Below, piece after piece: positions 24,481 to 34,863 of a stretch of 64,000 bases of DNA; the stretch's first letter is position 1, and each line of letters starts with the position of its first letter. Source of the stretch: Chiloscyllium plagiosum (Eukaryota); the NCBI RefSeq assembly GCF_004010195.1, contig NC_057718.1:46497236-46561235 (forward strand). Reading direction: 5' to 3'. The position numbers and the translations under genes are program-made. The notes under the pieces were generated by a model. The model saw only the letters and a list, made by a program, of their open reading frames with translations, ran no database searches and was not told the DNA's origin.

Positions 24481-27400
24481 GTAGCTTATAGACAAAAGAA
24501 AATAATATCTGTCTGGCATCTTACCTCCACATTCTGATTGACTACTGATAGTGGCATCATCAATGTTACTCAAATCTCTTCGAGCTAAAAAGAACAGAAA
24601 AGAAAAGCCAGTGTTCTAGCACACAAATCTTACTGATCGTGATATTTCATACGTTTTTAAAGACAATTGTAAAATACACATTTCACAATTTTTCAATTTT
24701 TTTCTCATTTCCTTTCTCCCCTTTTCTGAAAAGAGGAGTCTTTTAATGCACACTCTGTATTACTGCTGGCAGCACCGGCTTCTCTTCAACCAATTAACAT
24801 CATTACCATGTAAGACTTTCCCAAGTAAGACAAACAGATCGAAAACATCATTCCAAAATCCCACCCACCATTCAATTCAAGAGTTTAGTACACCATCATC
24901 CTACTACAGTGATGATTTACTGTCACCACTACGATATATCTTGCTGTCCAACCTAAACCTCTGCCCCTCCAAACAGCTAAGAAGCAAATGTGCATTGTGT
25001 AAAAATAAACTGGAGATGATTAGTGATGTCTGGTATTAGAGCCATATTGTTATTCTTTCTTTCCTGTAGTTTCTCCCTTTCACAAACCAATTGGGATGTT
25101 AAATCCTCACTTTGAGCAAGTGATGTGGCCCAATCTGAACAAGTATCAGCAATACATCACAGGAGCAGTTTAAAAACAAGATCTACATTAGTTCACTGAC
25201 TGTGTTAAAATCTCTCTTGGGACTGGACAGACAAACAAGTTATTTTCATGAAACGTGTGTCCACATAGTAAACGGAAGGAAGTCTTGTAGTATTGAAGGT
25301 AACAGCTGAGCCGGATGTTCTTCATTCTCTCTCACTCAGATGACCAAAGGAGGTGTGTATTCATAGCACAGCCTAACAAGGTGAATGCCAATGAGAACCC
25401 TTCCTACATTCACCAAAAGCAGGCAACAAGCGCTGGAAAAACTCCTGATTAGCCATGCAATGGCAAGAAATTGGGGCCATTAATACTCGTAACTCTGGAC
25501 CGCATTATGCATATACAGGCGAATGTTGTCACATCAATTCGGATTTCTGGGATGGCCAGACTGGATGAATGATGTGGATCAGCAAACCCGCATCCCTGAT
25601 AGGGTGAATTCAGGACCTGCCTCTTCGCCTTCCCCATGTGGAGACTGTGGTGGTGTGGGTCACGCAATGAAGTCAAGAAGAGGAAGATATTAAACAGAAC
25701 ATGAAGTTACACATAGCTCTTAAATGCTCAAGATCTGCTTGCATTCATTTACAGACAAGACTGTACCCAACATTACAAACCTGGGTAGGGTGGCAAAGGA
25801 GAGAGAAAATCAACAGATGTTAGTCTGAAAATCTTTGTATGCAAAGCAGCTTGAAGCAAGAGTGGAAAACTGACTTTAAATTGACTGGTTTCAATATTTC
25901 TGTGTTAGTTGCACAGATCATCATGCCTATTGTCAAGGAAGCCACAGCTTACCGGTATCTAGGAGAAGGCACTGAGCTGGATGAGAGGAGAACCGCTGAC
26001 AAAAGCATCATTTCGATTAATCTCATGCCACAAAGTTCATTTGTTTCATTAAACCTTGCGCTATTGACCAGTCACAGCTGCAGTGACAGGTCTGAGGCAG
26101 GGAAGTAATCGGCTCGCAACGCCATTTCTGATCATTATCCCATGGCTTTCGTAGAGGGAGATGTTGAATACAGTTGCTTTGTTAAATAAGTGGAGTAAGT
26201 GTTAACCACAACCTGATTATATGTAACAAATATGAAGTCAGTTGACCTTGGTCAGTATCCACGATGAATTATGAGATGTGTGCAAATACAAAGAAAGAAC
26301 AACCGGCTTCTGGAAAAAACAGGAAATTGGTGAAGAATTTGCTAGATCAATCAGCGTTACAAAACATACTGGGTACGATGGATCCAATCTGAAATATCGC
26401 ACACCACTGAGTTTTCCCTCCAAGGGATTCCAAGTCTGGCTTGTCCAAATGTGGGGAAACCATGGAGATATCCACTCAGTGCAGAAGTAGTGTTGCAGTT
26501 GAATCACACCCCTTTTTTAATGTCACCTTCTGTCATATTTCAAAAGTTAAAAGGTTCCCATAGGTGCTCTGACATTGAATGAGGATTAGTAAGTGTGCAA
26601 GGAAAGTGAGGGGGCTGGGTGACAGATGGATAGAACACCAGTGAATGAGAAGGGATAGGATGCCAGCAGGGAGGTGATAAGGTGCCAGCTAAGTGGAGGA
26701 GTGCTTCGGGAGATCAAGGGGTCAATGTTGGGTCAAGGGTGTTAGTTATGAGTTCACTTTAATAGTTACATAAAAATTAAGAGTTTGGTTTTAATCCTCT
26801 AAATTTTCCTGGGTAACTAATAAACTTAAATTAGTCACAACCTTTCGTATTTCTCATAGTTTAAGGGGTTTTCTCAGAGCATTCTAGATGCAGGCAATGG
26901 CCCATCACAGCTTTCCATTTCCCATATGGTTCTGATAAACAAATACACTCTACAGTGCTGCAGTGAGAACCTGCCCATCAGACTATCTGCTCCATTGTTA
27001 CAAGTCACTTAGCGAGGTGAGCAGTCATGTCCATACTTTACTGGAATTACTGACAGCCTAGGGAAAACCATCTAAAGTGAACCTTAAAAAGTCAGGTAGG
27101 CAATACCACAAATAATTATTTTACAAACTGTATTCACTGATCCCAAACAGTAGAACAATCATCAGTTCTTTAGGGGAACTTCAGGTCTCCACAAGAACAT
27201 AAAATAACCTAAAATTCACACTGGGATTAATGGCATTGAGGAGTCAATTGTAATGCTTTGACCATTGCAGTGAGACCACTGGAGGGCTCCAGTAGCAGGA
27301 CGTGTACACTCAAGATTTAGGTAACGATAAAGTGAACCCATCAAAAAAGGGAATGGATATGGTTAAAATGGTAAGTTGAGAAAACCATCGCTACAAATAC

Positions 27401-28447
27401 AAAGCAGGAAAGAAAACAAACCTATGGGATATTATCAAATCAAAGGAAAAAAAGATTCTGATAAATCTAAACAAGAGGACTTTTTCCAACCACCAAAAAA
27501 AGACTTAGTGGGAAGTGTCAGGATAGTAACTTCTTGAAAAGTGAATGACTCTAAGCACCAAAAACTTGGAAAATGTCCAAGTAAATGAACATTATTTACT
27601 GAGAAGTGTTCAAGAGTAGGTTTCCAGAGGCACAAAATGTAGGCAACAAGATCCACAATTAAATAAATATATTTACATTAGGGATTATACAGAAAGCTAG
27701 AACTCTTCCAGGAATGCACAATTCAAGTTAAAATAACAGTTTAAAAAAGCAAAGTAATAACAGTAGGATGATCGCTTGACAGTAAAGAACAGAAAAACCA
27801 GAAAATTTCCAACAAATTCTGGGACAGAGGTAAGAGACAGGGGTAAGAAATTGTACAAGACAATTTTGTGAGAAGGCATAAAATCTTTACGATAAAATTA
27901 CAAAAAGCAAAGCTGTTCGGGTCAAGCGTTCCCTATTCAGGCAGATCACAGACGGAAACATTAGGCCCACTTAGTGGTGTCACAGCCCAAAAGAACTGAA
28001 GAGAAATAACTTCATTCTCTCCATTTCAAAACAAGAATAGAGAAATGGTGGAAAATTATTTACCAGGCTCTTCAAGATTAGTGTTAGTGAGAAAAGGTGA
28101 GGCATAAAGTTCAACTTTGCTTTTTAAGAATAATTTGCAACAGGATAAGAACAGCTAAGTAATTTCATTTGAGGTTTTGTTTGTGCGGAGCCAGTTTTTT
28201 TGTTGCTAATCCATTGGCGGATGTAAAATATTCTGAGGTAGCCTAAGCCATTGCTTTGGTTATTGAAATTTACACCAGGAGGAATAAACAAGTTCCACAT
28301 CAAGTTGGTGCTGCAACAAATTTCTCTCCTTTCCACATGAGGGCAGTAAAGTCCGATGTCTGTCCATCCAGCTGTCAAATGACAAAAATTCTCAAGAGAT
28401 GTACATTTTTGTACAGCAAAACATGAAGAAGTAGTTTTGTTCTTTAA

Positions 28448-28800
28448 AATAGAATAGAATAGAATCCCTAGTGTGGAAACAGGCCCTTCAGCCCAACAAG
28501 TCCACACCGACCCTCCAAAGAGTAACCCATCCAGACCAATATCCTACTATTCTACATTTACCCCTTACTAATGCACCTAACCTACGCATCCCTGAACACT
28601 TTAAACAATTTAGCAAGACCAAATCACCTAACCTGCATAGCTTTGGATTATGGGAGGAAACTGGAGCATCCAGAGGAAACCCACGCAGACACGGGGAGAA
28701 TGTGCAAACTCCAGACAGACAGTCGCCAGAGGTTGGAATCGAACCTGGGTCCCTGGTACGGTGAGACAGCAGTGCTAGCCACTGAGCCACTGTGCCACCC
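28448..28800 (-). mobile_element. HE1-type V-SINE (tRNA-derived, CR1/HER1 tail), full length
   Basis: Minus strand has A box tggctcagtgg, B box ggttcgattcc, V-domain ggagtttgcacattctccccgtgtctgcgtgggtttcctc and tail ggg(attct)n. Confidence 0.92.
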
Positions 28801-28829
28801 ATTCTTTCAAGGGATTTAATGGATTAACC

Positions 28830-29230
28830 CTGTCTACTGCAGGTTGCTGCCAGTCTTCATGTGCTGCAGCTTTAACAGGTTGACCCCTCATTTTTTTAGG
28901 TTTGCCTGGCACTGCTCCTGGCTGGCCCTCCTGCACTCTCCATTATAACAGGTTGATCACCTTGTTTACTGGTAATGCTAGAGTAAGGAACATGCCAGGC
29001 CATGAGTTGCAGATTGTTTAAATACAGCACTGCCATTGCTGATGGCTCTCAGTACCTTATGGATGACTAGTATCAAGTTGCTAGATCTGTTTGAAATCAG
29101 TTTCTTTTAGCACAATACTAGTGCCGCACACACAAGAGGGGAGAGAAACACATTCAAAGTGAAGATGGGACTTTTGCCCCCACAGTGATTGCACAACAGA
29201 CATTCTTATCAATATTGTCCATATGGCAGA
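28830..29230 (-). mobile_element. Old CR1/L2-clade LINE fragment
   Basis: Reverse complement parallels the + fragment at 39660-40000 (gtcccatcttcac, acagatctagc, ccataaggtactg). Confidence 0.6.
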
Positions 29231-29231
29231 T

Positions 29232-31187
29232 TTGTAACTCACTCTCTTTCTCTTCACTACTTTAAAAGACTCACTTTAGCATCTGAAATGTTTCTGTTTG
29301 TCAGCAGCCTGTGACACTTCCTTTAATGATCACTGGTTAGACTGCTGCACTCTCAGTGCCACTGGATGGAGTGCATCATCACCTGCCCTCCAATTATGGA
29401 CACTGCACAAAGGGTTCTGTAACTGCTATGGGAGCCGAACTGCTTAATCTTTCAGCTGCGAGTTGTTTCTGTTGGAAACACCGGCCACCTTGAGGCCCAA
29501 GTGAAAATCACATCATGTGATCCCCATGGCCAATTTGGAAAATACTGAGCAATGGTTAAAATTAATCCTGGATTTTACCTTGGGCTGAAATTTCAAACTT
29601 GCACTAATTGCGATTTTTAAGACAGGCACATTGGAGAGAATTGGGCCAAGTAAATTTTTTTCCTCTGGTCAGTTCCTTCACCACCTATTGCAAGCCAGTC
29701 TGTCTATCAACTCGATCCTGGAGGACTTGACCAACTCAAATCAGTAATGAGAGACGTTGATAGACAGTGAAATCCCCGACCCAGAGTGTGCTCTGTCACA
29801 CTGCCTTCCTTTTTCAAGTTGAATTCAACAGAAGAATGCTGATTCATCAACAAAGGGGAAGTAGGATGGTTGTAGGCACAGAATATAGAAATTCGGAAAA
29901 GAGAAAAGGCCATTCAGCCTACTCAGGGCAGTTGAAGACAGACAACAAGGGATAGTTCATTATGCTTATATTTATCACTCTGCTAATAGCCATCCTAGTG
30001 TTGTGGCAAAATATATTGTTTCTATTTCAGACTTCTGCCATCTGCAATGTTTCGTGTCCATTAAAAATCCCAATTAGTGAAAGTTTGAAATTACAGTCCA
30101 AGGTAAAAATCCAGGATGAATTTTTACCATCGTAGGAGGGAGGGCTTCAGATACGTGGATCATTGGGATCCCTTCTGGGGAAGGTGGGACCTGTACGAGG
30201 AGGATGGGTTGCACCTGAACTGGAAGAGTACCAATATCCTGGGCAGGAGGTTTGCTAGAGCTTTTCGGGAGGGTTTAAACTAGTTTGGCAAGGGAATGGA
30301 AACCGGAGCAATGGATCAGAGAATGGGGTGGCTGGTAAACAGGCAGATACAGCATGCAGAGAGTCTGTTAGGAAGGATAGACAGTTGATAGGGCAAAGTT
30401 ACACTCAGTGTGAGGGGTTAAAGTGTGTCTATTTTAATACAAGAGGTGTCAGGAATAAGGGTGATCAACTTACAGCATGGATCAGTACTTGGAGCTACAA
30501 TGTTGTGGCCATTACAGGGGCAGGAATGTTTGTTGGACGTTCCAGGGTTAAGATGTTTCAAAAGGAATAGGGAAGCAGGTAAAAGGTGAGAGAGTGGCAT
30601 TGCTAATCAGGGATAATATCACAGCTGCAGAAAGGGGGGGTCATCGAGAGGGGTATGTCTATTCAGTCAGTATGGGTGGAAGTCAGAAACGATAAAAGGA
30701 GCAGTCATTTTATCGGGAATTTTCTACAGACACCCTAATAGCAACAAAGACATGGAGGAGCAGACTGGGAGGCAGATTGTGGAAAGGTACAGAAGTAATA
30801 GGGTTGTTGTCATGGGTGACTTCAAGTTCCCTAATATTGATTGGAACCTCCTCAGTGCAAATAGTTTGGATGGAGCAGATTTTGTCAGATGTGTCCAAAG
30901 GATTCCTGACTCAATATGTAGATCGGCCAACTGGAGGGAGCCCATTTTGGATTTAGTATTTGGCAACGAACCAGGTCAGGTGTCAGATCTCTCGGGAGAG
31001 CATTTCGGTGATAGTGATTAAAACGCCATGACTTTTACTATACCCATGGCATCCAGTGGCACTGAGAGTGCAGCAGTCTAACCAGTGATCATTAAAGGAA
31101 GTGTCACAGGCTGCTCACAAACAGAAACAGTTCAGGTGCTCGAGTGAGTCTTTAAAAGTAGTGAAGAGAAAAGATAGTGAGTTACAA
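29232..31187. repeat. 138-bp inverted repeat pair, arms 29232-29368 and 31050-31187
   Basis: Direct comparison shows about 8 differences. The inner 66 bp (29303-29368 versus 31050-31115) are exact reverse complements. Confidence 0.95.
30115..31048 (+). mobile_element. CR1 LINE internal fragment (end of ORF1 esterase-like domain and ORF2 endonuclease), cut off at the inverted-repeat arm
   Basis: WGRWDLYEEDGLHLNW, LKCVYFNTRGVRNK, VVVMGDFKFPNIDW and ILDLVFGNEPGQV..GDSD. Confidence 0.92.
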
Positions 31188-31290
31188 TTTCAGGCATCAT
31201 TTTAAAAAAAAATATATAAAACGGTGTCAATAGCAAGAATTCTACTTTTTAAACTTTCATGCATTGTCTTAACTATTGGATGATCAATAC

Positions 31291-31384
31291 CTTCATTACT
31301 CCCATCTGATAGACCATCAATCAGGCACTCTGAAGAGGGATCCACTGGCCCAATAAGATCTGATCCATCATGAACTTCACCATC
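31291..31384 (-). CDS. RPS6KC1: RPS6KC1 internal exon, post-PX linker (94 nt, phase 0 to phase 1)
   Basis: Minus strand reads gtatttttcag|GAT GGT GAA...AAT GAA G|gtattg. Translates DGEVHDGSDLIGPVDPSSECLIDGLSDGSNE(G/E), resembling the mammalian linker GGIINDSSELIGPAEAHSDSLIDTFPECSTEG from memory. Phases match both neighbouring exons. Confidence 0.92.
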
Positions 31385-31664
31385 CTGAAAAATACATTTC
31401 AAAACATAATGTGGCAAACAAAACATTTTCCCACAAAACATCTTTTAGATTAACTGGGAAGTGATTATGGATCTTGGCATGTGAAGAGGTGAGGATCTCC
31501 ATCAGAGCTCTTCTATAATGGCTGAGGGGAGGAAGGTTGGAATGTAATGAGTCTTTTGATGGTTGAAAATGAAAAAAAAACTTGTATAGGATTAATTGGA
31601 GACAGCCCTCTTCCGTATAATAAATTCTCAGTGATGTTACTATTACTAACATCATAGACAACGA

Positions 31665-32130
31665 AGTCGGTCGGTTGGTCGGTCGGTCGGTCACTCTCTC
31701 TCGAGACTGACAGACAGACACAATCGAGGGACTGGATGAAGAGAGGGAGGGAGGGACACTGATAGAGAGGCAGAAGGAGGGAGACTGGGAGACCGACAGA
31801 CAGACACATTGAGGGGAGGGAGGGAGGGACACAGACAGTAAGACAGACAGACCCAGAGGGAGGGAGGGAGACTGGTAGCCAGACAGACGAACCCAGAGAG
31901 GGAGGGAGACTGACAGACAGGCACACAGAGGGAGACAGATTGACAAACAGACAGACAGTCAGAGGGATGGAGGGAGGCTGACAGACAAGGGAAAGAGACC
32001 GTGACAGACAGAGGCAGGTAGTCTGACAGACAGACACAGAGGAAAGACTGAGACAGATAAATACACACACACACACACACACGGAGGGGGAAGAGACTGA
32101 CAGACATACACAGAGGGAGGGAGAGAGATG
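31665..32130. repeat. Compound microsatellite / low-complexity tract (GGTC, GACA, GAGG, CA)
   Basis: Directly visible. Similar tracts resume at 34600-34650 and 34865-35030 beyond the inserted CR1. Confidence 0.95.
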
Positions 32131-32139
32131 AAGAACAAA

Positions 32140-34592
32140 AAGTTTATAGCCCAGGAACAGGGTCTCCAAGCCTGAGCCAATCCAAATCCACTGTCTAAAC
32201 CCATCGCCCCATTCTTAAGCATCTGTATCCCTCTGCTCTCCACCTACTCATGCATCTGTCCAGACGCTCTTTAAATGAATCTACCGTGCCTGCCTCTACT
32301 ACCTCTGCTGGCAACGCATTCCAGGCACCTACCACTCTCTGCATAAAGTACTTTCTGCATATATTCCCCTTAGACTGTCCACCTCTCACCTTGAAAGTGT
32401 GACCTCTCATTATTGAATTCTTCACCCTGGGAAAAAGCTTATCTCAATCCACCCTGTCTCTACTCTTCATGATTTTGTAGATCTCATCAGGACCCCCTCA
32501 ATCTCCTTTTTTCTAATGGAAACAATCCTAACTTACTCAACCTCTCCTCATAGCTAGCACCTTCCATACCAGGCAACATCCTCGTAAACCTTCTCTGCAC
32601 CCTCTCCAAAGCATCCACATCCTTTTGGTAATGTGGCAACCAGAAGTGTACACAGTATTCTAAATGCAGCCGAACCAATATCTTGTACAATTTTAACATG
32701 ACATGCCAGCTCTTATACTCAATACCCCGTCCGATAAAGGCAAGCATCCCATATGCCTTCTTGACCACTCCATCTACCTGTGCAGCCACCTTCAGGGTAC
32801 AATGGACCAGAACTCCCAGAGCTCTCTGTTCATCAACTTTTCCCAAGGCTCTTCCATTTACAGTACAGTTCGCTCTAGAATTGGACTTCCCAAAATCACC
32901 TCACATTTGCCTGGATTGAATGCCATCTGCCACTTCTCCGCCCAACTCTCCAGTCTATCTTTGACAGTCCCCTATGGTTTCTGCCACTCCACCAATCTTT
33001 GTGTTGTCTGCAAATTTACTGATCAGACCAACAGTGCCTTCTTCCAGATCATTTATGTATATCACAAACAACAGTGGCCTCAGCAGTGATCCCTGTGGAA
33101 CACCACTGTTGCCTTTCTCCATTTCAAGAAACCCCCTTCAACTACTACTGTTGCTCAACCAGTTCTTTATCCACCCAGCTAGAACACCTTGCACACTATG
33201 TGACCTCACTTTCTCCATTAGTTTAACATGGGGAACCTTATCAAACGCCTTACTAAAGTCCATGTATATGACATCAACAGCCCTTCCTTCAACTATCAAC
33301 TTGGTCACTTCCTCAAAAGAACTCTATTAAGTTGGTAAGACACTATCTCCCCCACACAAAACCATATTGCCTATCACTGATAACCCCATTCTTCTCCAAA
33401 TATAAATAGATTTTATTCCTCAGTACCTTCTCCAGCAACTTCCCCACCACCGACGTCAGGCTCACTGGTCTGTAGTTACCCGGAATATCCCTACTGCCCT
33501 TCTTGTACAGGGGGACAACATGAACAACTCTCTGGTCCTCCAGCACTTCACCTGTATTTAAGGACGCCACAAAGATATCTGTCAGGGCCCCAGATATTTC
33601 CTCTTTTGCCTTCCTCAGTAACCTGGGATAGATCCCATCCGGTCCTGGGGATTTGTCCACCTTAATAACCTCTAGCCTACCCAACACTTCTTCCCTCCTT
33701 ATGTTAATGTGATCGAGAGTAAACAAACGTCTCTCTCTCATCTCAACATTCATCATGTCCCTCTCCTCAGTGAACACTGATGCAAAGTAATCACTGAGAA
33801 TCTCACCCATTTTCTCAGGTTCGACACACAACCTTCCTTCCTTACACTTTAGTGGACCAACCCTTTCTCTAGTTACCCTCTTGTTTCTTATATAAGAATA
33901 AAATACTTTGGGATTCTCCTTAATTCTACTCACTAAACTTATTTCATGATCCCTTTTAGCCCGCTTGATTCCTCGTTTAAGATTGGTCCTACTCTCCCTC
34001 TCCCAAGATTCCTCCAAGGCTCATTCTGCTCTTAGCTGCCTGGACCTTATGTACGCCTTCCCTTTGCCTCTTGGCTAGTCACACAATTTCTCCTGTCATC
34101 CATGGTTCACGAATCTGGTCTTTCCTATCCCTTGTTTTCAAAGGGACATGCCTATCTTTGAAAGCCTCCCACACATCAAATGTGGACTTGCCTTCAAATA
34201 CTGTGTCCAATCCACATTTCCCAGCTCCTGCCGAATTCTGATACAATTGACCTTGGCCCAGTTTAGTACTCGTCCCTTCGGGCCACATTCATCTTTGTCT
34301 ACGAGTATTCTAAAACTTACAGCATTGTGGTCACTATTCCCAAAGAAATCCCCCACTGCAACTTCTATCACCTAGTCTAGCTCACTCCCCAGCACCAGGT
34401 CCAATATGGCCCCTTCCCTTGTCAGACTACTGACATACTGCTCTAGAAAGCTTTCCTGGATGCTCCTTACAAATTCTGCCCGATCCAGACCTCTGACACT
34501 AAGTGCATCCCAGTCAATGTTGGGAAAATTTAAATCTCCCATCACTACCATCCTTTCCTCTACATCTTTCCATAATCTGTTTACCCATTTGT
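32140..34592 (-). mobile_element. CR1 LINE, most of ORF2 (endonuclease to RT) plus 3' UTR, frameshifted
   Basis: MVVMGDLNFPNIDW, SDHNAVSF, KSPGPDGIYPRLL, GNYRPVSLTSVVGKLLE and HLEYCVHFW in successive minus-strand ORFs. Confidence 0.96.
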
Positions 34593-34644
34593 AGGTACCC
34601 AGACAGACAGAGATAGAGGGAGGCAGGCAGACAGACAGACAGAC

Positions 34645-34863
34645 AGACTCAAGATGAGAACGATGCTGGAAAAGCACAGGTCAGGCAGCATCCGAGGAGC
34701 AGGAAAATCCAAGTTTCGGGCAAAAGCCCTTTCCTGATGAAGGGGCTCTTGCCTAAAATATTGATTTTTCTCCTCCCCGGATGCTGCCTGAGCTGCTGTG
34801 CTTTTCCAGCACCACTCTAACCTCGACTCTCATCGCCAGCATCTGCAGTACCCACTTCTGCCT
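34645..34863. mobile_element. Fold-back PLE-derived mini-element with decayed hammerhead boxes
   Basis: gctggaaaagcacag...gtttcgggcaaaagccct and ctgatgaagggg...ctgtgcttttccagc form inverted arms, followed by the tail ccagcatctgcagtacccacttc. Confidence 0.8.

Noticed and set aside
31330..31356. ctgaagagggatccactggccc antisense to the coding exon, resembling a hammerhead start
   Set aside because: No GAAA box follows, and the sequence is explained by codons on the minus strand.
31377..32243. Ser/Leu/Val/Cys-rich ORFs
   Set aside because: Translations of a microsatellite tract.
33343..34017. Active CR1 ORF2 (also 41100-41708)
   Set aside because: Neighbouring frameshifts and stops, plus 5' truncation, show these are dead copies.
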